From Octopus sinensis (lineage: Eukaryota), in the NCBI RefSeq assembly GCF_006345805.1, contig NC_042999.1:66898001-66962000 (forward strand): a stretch of 64,000 nucleotides of DNA. Direction: 5' to 3'. The stretch's first letter is position 1, and every line of letters starts with the position of its first letter. Position numbers and translations under genes: made by a program. The notes under the pieces were generated by a model. That model had not been told where the DNA came from and ran no database searches. It saw only the letters and a list, made by a program, of their open reading frames with translations. Positions 39,666 through 51,817 of this stretch are shown here, piece by piece.

Positions 39666-39993
39666 GAGTTGTCCGGTGATTTCATCAAAATAAATCGGAT
39701 TTAAATATTTTTAGATTACTTTCACGAAGAAGCCAAAGAAAAAAGTAACAAATTATAAGGAAATAGAGGAAGCAGAAGAAACACCATTATCACAACAACA
39801 GCAAGAATAACAACAACATACATAAGTAAATAATGCATAAACAAAATGGAAAAAAAACATTGAAGATATACTGGTTTTCTTTTATATTTAATTCACCCAG
39901 AAATAATTTTTTTTCTGAACTGTTTTCCGGGTTCTCAGTAAAATCGTGACAATATCTATCACGATTCCGGCTAGGGCAAACAAGACTAATAAC

Positions 39994-40052
<59 letters not shown>

Positions 40053-40321
40053 AGAAGAAGAAGAAGAAGAAGAAGAAGAAGAAGAAGAAGAAGAAGAAGA
40101 AGAAGACAGGAGAAAAAAATAACCTAGATTAATGTTTCCCTACAAATATATATACATGTGTATATATATATACACATATCTATATACATACATATATATA
40201 TATAGCTATAGATATATATTGATATATATGTATGTGTATATACATATATATACATGTATATATATACACATATCTATATACATATATATATATATATACT
40301 ATAGATATATAGATATATATG

Positions 40322-40380
<59 letters not shown>

Positions 40381-40404
40381 CTAATATATATATATATATA
40401 AATA

Positions 40405-40743
40405 TTATATTTCAACAATTGAGGGTAAAATTAATTAATTATTAATCAATTTCACCAAGTATTCAGTATGTAAAGGGACCATTTAAGGCGAATTCAAAAT
40501 ATTACATTATATAAAAGGGCTTAGTAAAATAAATTACTTTGTCACATACTGAACTCATTAGAAATAGCAGCTAAAAAAATAGCAGCTAAAAAAAATGTTT
40601 AACTATTTCTAATACTTAAAGAAAATCTCTCTCAGATAGTGTTTGCTCAAACCAACTCACGAAGGTATGGGGGTAAAAACATCAAAAAAAAAACATTAAA
40701 AAAATCACTGCTATTTTTTAGCTGCTATTTCTAATGAGTTCAG

Positions 40744-40746
<3 letters not shown>
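40405..40746. repeat. Fold-back repeat (family shared with 25612-26745); continues at 43200-43340 after the LINE; further copy at 43640-43830
   Basis: caatttcaccaagta..cagtatg..ggacc and cacatac..tattagaaatagcagc blocks are shared with 25660-25790; 40405-40570 is inverted relative to 40720-40746 + 43200-43340. Confidence 0.75.
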
Positions 40747-40775
<29 letters not shown>

Positions 40776-43199
40776 CTAGTTTCAGCTTATGAGCTGTGGC
40801 CATGCTGGGGCACCGCCATTTGGTGTTGCTACTTGGTTTCACTTCATGGAGGCTTTCTAGCAACTGCTATTTGGTGCATGAGAGAGTTCGATGCAGCTGC
40901 CCTCATCTGCCCCTCCTGCCGTGAAGTTGGTTCATCTGGGACACCTGACAGGAAGAGATCCAGCTTCATTTTAAAGACATCTGTATCCACCCCATGCAGG
41001 TCTCTCAGGTTCTTCGGGAGAATATTGAAGAGCTGTGGGCCTCGGAAGCCCAGGCTATCACAGAATTTGTCCTACATCTTGATGGCAGGTTTGGAGTCCT
41101 AGGCACCACGCAGTGGCGCCCAGTTCTGGCATTTGCGTAACTCTCGATGCCAAAGTTCAGGACACTTCCCTCCAGGATCTTCCAGATGTATATTATGGCA
41201 TATCTTTCCCGCCTACGCTCCAGGGAATATAATTTTAATCTCTTGAGTCTTTCCCAGTAGCTTACATTCTGCATAGAGGCTATCTTCTTTGTGTAGCTTC
41301 GTTGGATCGCCTCAAGTCTGTGATCAACTTGACACTGGATGGTGACCATAGCTGAGAGCAATAGTCAAAGTGGCTTAGGACAAGTGTCTTCCAGAGGACC
41401 ATCATGGTTTCTTGTTCTCTTGTTCTAAAGGTTCTAAGAATCCATCCAGCCAGCGTCTACATTTCATTGTCAGTTTAGCAACATGTACATGAAAGGTCGC
41501 GTCATCACTCATGTGAATACCCAGGTCACGCACTGATTGTGCCTCTGGGATTGCAATCCCTCCGGGTCCAGTGTATTCATTAGGTATTGCATTCAGTTTT
41601 GCATGCTGATAGTATAAAGCTTGAAACTTTCCAGCATTGAACTGCATGCTATTCTTTTCAGCCCACTTGTATATTTCGTCCAGCTCACATTGCAGGTGTT
41701 TAGTGTCCTCAGGGTTCTGTATTGCCTGTGAAACCTTTGTATCATCTGCATAACTTGTGATCGTGGCTCTCTGCGTGGCTGAGGGCATGTCTGAGAGGGC
41801 CATTATGAACAGTAGTGGTCCCAGAACAGTGCCCTGCGGAACACCGCTCACTATTTGGTGTTAATGGAGGTGGCCCCATTGGCTACTACCACCTGACTTC
41901 TATCCTTCAGAAAGTCATGAAGCCATTCTCCCAGTTTCCAACTATGTTGAGATCACGCAGTTTGTGACATATCATTCAATGATCGACTTTATCAAAGGCC
42001 TTTGCAAAGTCGAGATATATCACTTCCACATTTGAGTGGTTGAGCAGCCGTTTCAGCACCCAGTCATAGTGTTGTAGGAGCTGAGTTAAACAGCTTCTCC
42101 CTGGTCGGAAACCATGTTGGGTGTCGGGCAGCAAGTCATTCTCTTCAAGGAAGGTGATCAGCTTCCTTCTGACTATTCGTTCCATGACCTTGCTGATGTG
42201 TGAGGTCAGAGAGATAGGTCTATAGTTCTTGGCTTCCGCTCTGCTACCTCCTTTATGAATGGGGCATATTTTACCTTCCTTCAGTTTTCCTGGAAGTTTG
42301 CCAGCTGCAAGGAAGCTCTGAAAGAGGAACTGCAGTGGTCTTGCTAGGACTCTCTTACATGCTTTAGGAGGATTGCCGGGATATCCATCGGGGCCAGTAG
42401 CTGAGTCTGTTTTCATTTCATCTATAGCCTTGGTTACATCGTCTTCCTTATATCGATGTAATCTATCGTCGCCGCCTCTGATTTTATATCTGCAGTGGTA
42501 AAAAAGTCAGTTGGATTGGTGATTTGGAGATGCCCAAGGGGTGGAGTGAAAACACTCTTGAATTGCTCATTCAGTATTTCACTTACCCTCATTGGTTTTC
42601 CTGTAAGTGTGCCATCCTTTTCGAGGAGTGGCCCTATTCTACAGTGCACTGTAGCTGTTCTTTGGCGTACCTGTAGAAAGCTCTGGGGTTAGATTTTATG
42701 TTTTCTATAGCCCAGGCTTCTTTGTCTGCTCTTTCTTTTTCATGGGAGAGTTGCAGACATTTTTCGATTTCCAACAGTTTTATTTTTAGGCGGGACTTTT
42801 CACTGCTTTCAATCTGTTTGTTTAGGCGATTTGAAAATTCGTACGCCGTCTCATTAAGATTTTCCTCTCTCTGGGGATTTTGTTCTTGTGTACAGTGGCC
42901 TTTCTCTCTGGGACACATTTGTAGCATATGGCTTGCATTACAGACATGAATTGTTGAAGTTTCACGTCGATGTCTGGCGAGGAGAGACATTTAGGCCAGT
43001 TTGTTTGAGGATCTCTTTTCAATTTGTTTCCAGTTTGCCTTATGGTAGTTCAAGCTGGAAAGATTTTGAGGGTTTCTTGTAGGCTGCATGTCCGTGCTCT
43101 CTTTTGGCCCGTACATGGTCAGCTCTATCATGTTGTGATCCGAGAGTAGTGTCGGTGTCACTTTCACATTATGGATGAGATCCATGTCATTTGTGAAGC
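40747..43199 (-). mobile_element. 5'-truncated CR1/L2-clade LINE ORF2 (end of APE, RT, C-terminus; frameshifted), (CAAT)n tail
   Basis: VTPTLLSDHNMI; SATGPDG; GFRPGRSCLTQLL; YLDFAKAFDKVDH; SGVPQGTVLGPLLF; YADDTK; LKLYSLERRRERY; (attg)n at 40747-40775. Confidence 0.93.
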
Positions 43200-44342
43200 A
43201 TGTGGCAAAGTAATTTATTTTACTAAGCCCTTTTATATAATGTAATATTTTGAATTCGCCTTAAATGGTCCCTTTACATACTGAATACTTGGTGAAATTG
43301 ATTAATAATTAATTTAATTTTACCCGCAATTGTTTGAAATAAATTTCAAATTATAATTCATTTCTCTCTGTTTAATGCTTCGGTTTTTCACCGATAAAAC
43401 ATAGTGGTTGCCAATTTTAACCCACGCTGGTGGAAGGGGGAGAGCAGAAATTCCTTCGCTTGCATATTTTTGAATTTGTTAGCACTGTTAGTTTGAGCGG
43501 ATGTCCGGTGTGATAAGAAGCCAAAAGGGTATGCTCCCACGTTCAGTGTTTCCCAAATCCGAATCAAGGAATTCTGAGCTGACGAAAAAATGTCGATTTG
43601 ACTAATCTAGAAACGTACGTTCTCAAATAACCTTTGCACTTGTGATTTTTTAATGTTTTTACCCCATACCTTCGTGAGTTGGTTTGAGCAAACACTATCT
43701 GAGAGAGATTTTCTGTAAGTATTAGAAATAGTTAAAAAATTTTTTTTAGCTCCTATTTTTTTAGCTGTCTATTTCTAATGAGTTCAGTATGTGGCAAAGT
43801 AATTTATTTTTACTAAGCCCTTTATAATATATATATATATATATATATAATATCGAATATATATATATACTATATATATATATCTATAAATATATTAATA
43901 TATTATATATTATATATATATATATACACCATATATTAGCACATATACCATATATTATACCTACATATATATATAGCTATAGATAATATAATAGAGATAT
44001 ATATGTATGTGTATATATATAATATACCATATATTATGCATATGTGTACATATATATGTATGCCATATATTAAGTATATGTGTGTATATGTATATATACA
44101 TATCTGTATATATATATTATATGTCCAATTTAGGGTAGAAAAAATTCATAGAAATTTATCGCAACCAAGCGGCTGGTGAAAAAGAGAAAATAGTCATCGA
44201 CTAAATAATATAAATATAACGATTAGGAGTGACCCCAACAGGTCACTCGTCCACCCAAAGACAGCCATAACTCACAAATACCGCCAAGTAATTAGTAATT
44301 CAAAATTAGGTGAAAATTTAAAAACATTTACCCTAATTCATC

Positions 44343-44438
44343 CTTTTAGACGTTGCAACGTTTCTGTGTCATTAATGATTAAATTAGCTTAATTAAATTA
44401 ATTAAGCCAATCTACCATAGGTACCTTCATCAGTAAAA
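44343..44438 (-). ncRNA. Type I hammerhead ribozyme fold, array copy 1
   Basis: Minus strand: UUUUA-CUGAUGA-A..long stem II..ACAC-A-GAAA-CGUUGCAACG-UC|UAAAA; palindromic stem III. The stem II 5' strand has an indel in this copy. Confidence 0.6.
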
Positions 44439-44815
44439 TGACCTGGGAGAGACAAATTACACGAGGCGTCTGTTAATTGATGCCTACGGATAATCTGACT
44501 TAAAATTTTCAAGACTGCGTATTCGCGCAAACTTATCAACAGTAAATATAAACTGCCCGATTCAATCTCAAATTATTCAGAAAATTATCAATTAGTCAAT
44601 TAGGGTAGCAAAAAAATTCAATAGAAATTTATCGTCAACCAGCGGCCTGGTGAAAAAGAGAAAATAGTCATCGCCTAATATATAAATATAACGATTTAGG
44701 AGTGACGCCCCAACAGGTCCACTCGTCCACCAGAAAGAGCAGCCATAACCACACCGCCAAGTATTAGTATTCAGAAAATTAGGTAAAATTTAAAAACATT
44801 TACCCTAATTTCCTC

Positions 44816-44916
44816 CTTTTAGACGTTGCAACGTTTCTGTGTCATTAATGATTAAATTTAGCTTTAAAAATTAAATTAAGCCAATCTACCATAGGTTTAC
44901 ACTTCATCAGTAAAAG
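44816..44916 (-). ncRNA. Type I hammerhead ribozyme fold, array copy 2 (best preserved)
   Basis: CUUUUA-CUGAUGA-A-GUGU...ACAC-A-GAAA-CGUUGCAACG-UC|UAAAAG. Confidence 0.7.
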
Positions 44917-46860
44917 ACCTGGGAGAGACAAATATACACGAGGCGTCTGTATGATGCCTACGGATATCTGACTTAAAATTTTCAAGACTGACGTATTCGC
45001 GCCAAACTTATCAACAGTAAATATAAACTGCCGATTCAATCTCAAATTATTCAGAAATTATCAATTAGTCAATTTAGGGTAGCAAAAAAATTCAATAGAA
45101 ATTTATCGCAACCACGGCTGGCCTGGTATAAAGAGAAAATAGTCATCGACTAAATATATTAAATATAACGATTTAGGAGTGACCCCACAGGTCACTCGTC
45201 CACCAAAAGAGCAGCCATAACTCACACACCGCCAGTATTAGTAATTCAGAAATTAGGTGAAAATTTTAAACATTTACCCTAATTCATCCTTTTAGACGTT
45301 GTAAAAAAAACAACGTTCTGTGTCATTAATGATTAAATTAGCTTAATTAAATTAAATTAAGCCATCTACATAGGTTACACTTCCTCAGTAAAAACCTGGA
45401 GAGACAAATATCCACGAGGCGTCTGTATTGATGCCTACGGATATCTGACTTAAAATTTTCAAGACTGACGTATTCGCGCCAAACTTATCAACAGTAAATA
45501 TAAACTGCCGATTCAATCTCAGAATTATTCAGAAAATTATCAATTAGTCTTTAGGGTAGCAAAAAAATCAATAGAAATTTAATCGCAACCAGCGGCCTGG
45601 TGAAAAAGAGAAAATAGTCATCGACTAATATATAAATATAGCGATTTAGGAGTGACCCCCACAGGTCACTCGTCCACCAGAAAAAGCAGCCATAACTCAC
45701 ACCGCCAAGTATTATAAATTCTAATTAGGTGAAAATTTAAAAACATTTACCCTAATTCATCCTTTAGACGTTGCAACGTTTTCTTGTCCATTAATGATTT
45801 AATTAGCTTAATTAATTAAATTAAGCCAATCTACCATAGTTAACACTTCATCAGTAAAGACCTGGAGAGACAAATATACACGAGGCGTCCGGTATTGATG
45901 CTACGGGATATCTGACTTAAAATTTTCAAGACTGACGTATTCGCGCCAAACTTATCACAGTAAATATAAACTGCCGATTCAATCTCAGAATATTCAGAAA
46001 TTATCAATTTTCAATTTAGGGTAGCAAAAAAATTAATAGAAATTTATCGCAACCAGCGGCCTGGTGAAAAAGATAAAATAGTCATCGACTAAATATATCA
46101 ATATAACGATTTAGGAGTGACCCCAACAGTCACCTCTCCACCAGAAAGAGCCAGCCATAACTCACACCGCCAAGTAATTAGGTAATTCAGAATTAGGTGA
46201 AAATTTAAAACATTTACCCTAATTCATCCTTGTAGACGTGCAACGTTCTTCTGTGTCATTACTGATTAAATTAGCTTAATTAAATTATTAAGCCAATCTA
46301 CCATAGGTTACACTTCATCAGTAAAAGAACCTGGGAGAGAGCAATATACACGAGGCGTCTGTATTGATGCCTACGGATATCTGATTCAAATTTTCAAGAC
46401 TGACGTATTCGCGCCAAACTTATCAACAGTAATATAACTAAGCTAATTTAATCATTAATGACACAGAAACGTTTGCAACGTCTAAAAGGATTATTAGGGT
46501 AAATGTTTTAAAATTTTCACCTAATTTCTGAATTACTAATACTTGCGGGTGAGTTATGGGCTGCTCTTTCTGGTGGACGAGTGAACCTGTTGGGGTCACT
46601 CCTAAATCGTTATATTTATTTATTTAGTCGATGACTATTTTTCTCTTTTCACAGGCCGCTGGTTGCGATCAATTTCTATTGAATTTTTTTGCTACCCTAA
46701 ATTGACTATTGATATTTTTTCTGAATAATTCTGAGATTGAATCGGCCAGTTTATATTTAACTGTTGATAAGTTTGGCGCGATACGTCCAGTCTTGAAAAT
46801 TTTTTAAGTCAGATATCCCGTAGCATCAATACAGACGCCTCGGTATATGTCTCTCCCAGT

Positions 46861-46959
46861 CTTTTACTGATGACGTGTAACCTATGGTAGATTGGCTTAA
46901 TTTAATTTAATTAAGCTAATTTAATCATTAATGACACAGAAACGTTGAACGTCTAAAAG
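46861..46959 (+). ncRNA. Type I hammerhead ribozyme fold, inverted array copy
   Basis: cttttaCTGATGAcgtgt...acacaGAAAcgttgaacgTC|taaaag. Confidence 0.6.
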
Positions 46960-47577
46960 GATGAATTAGGGTAAATGTTTTAAAATTTTCACCTAATTCC
47001 TGAATTAACTGAATACTTGGCGTGTGGAGTTTATGGCTGCTCTTTCTGGTGGACGAGTGACCTGTTGGGGTCACTCCTAAATCGTTATATTTATATTTTA
47101 GTCGATACTATTTTCTCTTTTTCACCAGGCCCGCTGGTTGCGATAAATTTCTATTGAATTTTTTTGCTACCCTAAAATTGACTAATTGATAATTTTCTGA
47201 ATAATTCTGAGATTGAATCGGCATTTTATTTACTGTTGATAAGTTTGGCGCGAATACGTCAGTCTTGAAAATTTTAAGTCAGATATCCCGTAGGCATCAA
47301 TACAGACGCCTCGTGTATATTTGTCTCTCCCAGGTTTTTACTGATGAAGTGTAACCTATGGTAGATTGGCTTATTTAATTTAATTAAGCTAATTTAATCA
47401 TTAATGGCACAGAACGTTGCAACGTCTAAAAGGATGAATTAGGGTAAATGTTTTTAAATTTTCACCTAATTCTGAATTACTAATACTTGGCGGTGTGGTT
47501 ATGGCTGCTTTTCTGGTGGACGAGTGACCTGTGGGTTGGGGTCATCTAAATCGTTAATATATATATATAAGATATAT

Positions 47578-47611
<34 letters not shown>

Positions 47612-47676
47612 CATATATATGTATATATATATATATATTTATATATATATACATATATATATATATTGATTATATT

Positions 47677-47712
<36 letters not shown>

Positions 47713-47824
47713 CATATGTTATATGCATATATTATTTATATATACATATATATATATACACATATATATATATTGTATATATATATATATAGGAATTTGA
47801 GAAACGAAAACTATATGGAAGCTC

Positions 47825-47865
<41 letters not shown>

Positions 47866-47881
47866 TGTGTGTGTGTGTGTG

Positions 47882-49535
47882 TGTGTTCAACTCAGCTTTC
47901 AATTTGGCCGTAAAAACTAACATAGGTAGGGAATTCTTGAAATTAGTCTCTAGGCATTTTAAGCAGGACCATAAATTTTATAGAATATTTAATAGAAGAA
48001 CCCTTAAGATTAGCTATTCTTGTTGCAGGAAGTTCGCCTCTTACATTAGCCAGCACAATAGGAATTTAATTGATATTAAGCATGGTGCCGATCCCCTTAA
48101 GAAATGCAATTGTAAAGATGAATCCTCCTGTCCGTTGGAAGGGAAATGTTTTGTAAAAGGGGTCGTTTATAGAGCCAAGGTGCAAATAGAAGGCTCATCT
48201 GAATATAAGTCCTATATAGGGGCTTCGGAAAATTCGTTAAAACGCGATTTTATTCGCACAAAAATTCATTGAGATACCTAGAAAATAGGAAGAAGACCAG
48301 CCTGGCAAAATATTCTGGGAACTAAAAGAAAAGGAAGCCCCACCTTTCAACGTGACATGGAGCATTCAGTATAGAGCGACACCATATAGGCACGGGGCAC
48401 ACGAGAAAAATTTTAAATGCAATCTCTGTTTGTCAGAAAAATATAACATTTTATTCAAAGACAATAATTCTTTGAATCAAAGAAGCTAACTTTTGAACTC
48501 ATGCAGGTACGCAACCAAATTCAAAATGTCGAACATAAATATCCCATATGGATAGCGTATATTTTGTCTTTTTGAATTTTTGATTCTTGGACTAGTCTTT
48601 AATCACACCGATGGATTTGTTTCGCGCTATGCAGATTTCATTCCGCATAGCAAAGTCTTGTACATAAATTTTGTTTATATTTTGTTTATATTTCAACAAA
48701 TTCCTTAGGAGAAACCTTCGACTTAGTTTATTTCGTTTTATTATATTGTATAGGCTCACTTTGGTATTTAATTTATAGATAATCCAATATAGGGTGTTAT
48801 ATTTTGCATGTCTTTCGTCTAAATTTTTATTATTATGCACTCACCATTTTTAAAAAACAATGTTGTTAGATCCTAGGCATTTTTATGTGAATATGTGTAT
48901 TTGCATGAATATGTATTTGTAAGCATACGTCTTTGTATATGTGTAAGTGGGCGTATGTTTGTACTTAAGCACATACATACACGAATGTATGTGTATGCAT
49001 GTATCCACTTGGGCTTGTGTGTTTGCGTACTTGTCTCTATATATGTGTCAGTATATGTGCTTACATAATTTGTATACAAAAACTCGTAGCGTATAGCCAG
49101 AATGTTATTATTTTTTCTTCTTTCCTTTTCTTCTTTTTTCCTTTTCTCTTTTTCTTTTTTCTCTCTCTTCCTTTCTTTGGTTTTTTTCTCTCCCTATTCG
49201 TTACTTGTATAGAGCCCTGTAACTTTACGCTCCTCCTCCCTTACTTATGTCTTTAGCTTTATGTTGTAAATAAGAACGCCCCTTCCTCATCCATGAATTT
49301 AGCTTATAGTCTATATGGATACAGTGATTTTGCATGCGAGCTAGATTGCGTATACATATAGAATTGGCATATCGGTTCTATTTTAACAAAAACTGTCCGC
49401 CGTACGGGAACGTGAAACTCCGAGTAACAGATTTTGTTGAATTTCTGCTGCTTTTAAATAAAGCATATTACTCTACCCCTGGTGTTTGAGTACTCTTTTT
49501 TCCACCTTGTTTCACATTTATGTGTTTACTCCGGT
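47882..49535 (+). pseudogene. Penelope-like element 3' fragment (Cys-rich GIY-YIG, probably Naiad-type) with 3' terminal repeat
   Basis: VKTNIGREFLKLV..HF...IFNR.TLKISYSC...HN...CNC.DESSCPLEGKC..KGVVYRAKV...YIGAS..., then frameshifted TSLAKY.WELK...W.I...PY...KCNLCLSEK. Confidence 0.85.
49385..49438 (+). ncRNA. Hammerhead-topology fold with non-canonical core (CCGCCGU)
   Basis: AACAAAAaCUGU-CCGCCGU-ACG-GGAA-CGU-GAAA-CUC-C-GAG-UA|ACAGaUUUUGUU. Confidence 0.55.
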
Positions 49536-49557
49536 ATATATATGCATATATATGTAC

Positions 49558-49588
<31 letters not shown>

Positions 49589-49716
49589 CATATATATATG
49601 TATATGTGTATATATATATACATATATATATGTATATATATACATATATATATGTATATGTGTATATATATACATATATATATATACATACATACATACA
49701 TATATATATATATAAT

Positions 49717-49790
<74 letters not shown>

Positions 49791-49794
49791 CAAT

Positions 49795-50670
49795 ATTGAA
49801 AATAAGGATTACTCTGAAGTAGCAATAGCATTACCTTTAATTCTACAATTATATATTACCTTTTAAGACCAACGCATGTTTCAGTTGCACCGATTAGTAA
49901 TCGTTGCAATTGAAACCCTGCTATTGAACGGTGCAGTCTCTTCAGTGCTTTAACTTGATATCCCTCGGTATGATTCTTTTTTATAAACTCTGCGTTGTAT
50001 AATGTAAAGCTGTCTGTTAAGTCAGACGTGAACAATCTTTATTTTAAGTTCTTTTTGGATAATCATTTTTAGTCCATCATTTCAAAACCTTGTATAGTCT
50101 AAATGATAATTATTCATTTATAGTTGGCAAATGTGAATTCCCTTACATGCAAGCATTTCAATGCTTGCTCCTGTCTGGAATTTATTACATTACCCTTGGA
50201 TGTGAAAATCCTGTAAACTTCTTCTAAACATAGGTCACATCTATTGGTTCCAGGTCTGTATGGTTCCACAGCACAAATTAATTTCCATTTAATTGTATAG
50301 TGCTTGTCACTGTCCTTAAAAGACCAGATTAATTTGCTAAGACTCGTTTGGAGCCCTTTTATTTTTGTCTTTAAATGAACTCAAATGGTTTGCCAGTCTC
50401 CTCTTGAAAATTAATGTTGTCCCCCACCCCACCACCACCACGATGTTAAAGAATGCCTTACGCGGAGATGTAACTATACATTTATATATTACATTTTTAG
50501 GTTTATACATATTTTCCACATTACATGATTCCTGTTTAGAATAATTGCAAAGATAGCCATTTATATTTCCCTCGGATTTATCTATACTTAAATATAGGTA
50601 CTGCCTTTCACAATACGTATATGAACAAATGTAATTCTTTTCCCAAATAAATTGCATTTTCTCAAATACC
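49795..50670 (-). pseudogene. Second Penelope-like (Naiad-type) GIY-YIG fragment with 3' terminal repeat
   Basis: Minus strand: YLCNYS..ESC....KNVIYKCIV...FKRRLANHLSSFK...SLSKLIWSFKD..KHYTIKWKLI....PY.PGTNRCDLCLEE; degenerate CUGAAGA...GAAA fold at ~49865-49950. Confidence 0.8.
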
Positions 50671-50689
50671 ATACTCTTTTTTTTTTTTA

Positions 50690-51185
50690 CTCTTTTTACT
50701 TGTTTCAATCATTTGACTGCGGCCATGCTGGAGCACCACCTTTAGTCGAGCAAATCGACCCCAGGATTTATTCTTTGTAAGTCTAGTACTTATTTAATCA
50801 GTCTCTTTACGGGGACGTAAACACACCAGCATCGGTTTTCAAGCGATGTTGGGGGGAGAAACACAGACACACAAACATATACACATACATATATATATTT
50901 ACATATATACGACGGGTTTCTTTCAGTTTCCGTCTACCAAATCCACTGACAAGGCTTTGGTTGGCCTGAGGCTATAGTAGAAGACACTCGCCCAAGGTGC
51001 CATGCTGTGGGTCTGAACCCGGAACCATGTGGTTGGTAAGCAAGCTACTTACCATACAGCCACACCTACACCTACGCCTATGCTTACAAAGAATAAGTCC
51101 TTGGGTCGTCGATTTGCTCGACTAAAAGCGGTGCTCCAGCATAGCCGCAGTCAAATGACTGAAACAAGTAAAAGAGTAAAAGAGC
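50690..51185. mobile_element. SINE B (minus strand, 50690-51067) plus inverted B tail (51078-51185)
   Basis: Near-consensus B sequence; a second tail copy lies in the opposite orientation. Confidence 0.85.
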
Positions 51186-51197
51186 AAAGAATAAAGA

Positions 51198-51231
<34 letters not shown>

Positions 51232-51237
<6 letters not shown>

Positions 51238-51484
51238 ATCACGTGACCGACCAGACCATCAGATGTTTTTACACATCGCTGGTCACAATGCGTTCGCATT
51301 GTTTTAGCCTTCGAATGACGCCACCCAACTGGCTAAGCGAGCAGGCCAACAGAAGAAAGAGTGGGAGAAAGAGTGGTGAAAGAGTACAGCAGGAATCACC
51401 ACCCCCTGCCGGAGCCTCGTGGAGCTTTTAGGTGTTTTCGCTCAATAAACACTCACAACGCCCGGTCTGGGAATCGAAACCGCG
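51232..51484 (-). mobile_element. SINE family C (head truncated)
   Basis: Reverse complement of 20890-21150. Confidence 0.85.
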
Positions 51485-51509
51485 ATATATGTATATGTAT
51501 GTATGTATA

Positions 51510-51747
51510 CAGGGTTGGTCAAAAGTCACCTGACAGTAAATCAAAACCATTTAATTCCAAGTGATTAAAACAAAAACTATTTTATATGAAATTTCGCTAA
51601 TAAATAGGCAATTTTTTTTTTAAACGGTTATTTCAACTCACGACATTCAGTTATTAAACATTCATAATTGGAATGAATAAATAAAATTGAATATTAAGTA
51701 TTTATGGAATTGTTGACTTAGTGTCGTGTGACTTTTGGCCAAACTTG
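51510..51747. mobile_element. Tc1/mariner-type MITE (TA TSD)
   Basis: TA-CAGGGTTGGTCAAAAGTCAC ... GTGACTTTTGGCCAAACTTG-TA; 20-bp TIRs with 3 mismatches. Confidence 0.85.
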
Positions 51748-51817
51748 TATATATCCTTAAAATCCTTAAAATCCTTTAAAATGTTTTAGCGTGTGTGTGT
51801 GTGTACCTGGAAGGGAC

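Larger units (their letters stand above)
44127..47553. repeat. Tandem array of ~473 bp hammerhead-containing units: ~4.9 copies, then ~2.4 inverted copies (junction ~46438)
   Basis: Unit anchor tagggtag at 44131, 44601, 45075, 45552, 46017; inverted anchor taagctaat at ~46439, 46912, 47385; flanked by (TA)n-rich DNA. Confidence 0.95.

Noticed and set aside
44127-47553. Array as CRISPR, mitochondrial insert or rDNA spacer
   Set aside because: Units are whole ~473 bp repeats without unique spacers; no cas, mitochondrial ORF/tRNA or rRNA similarity recognised.
47882-48560. Selenocysteine recoding as reported for some Naiad PLEs
   Set aside because: Conserved Cys positions use TGC/TGT; the break at 48272 is a frameshift, not an in-frame TGA; no SECIS recognised.
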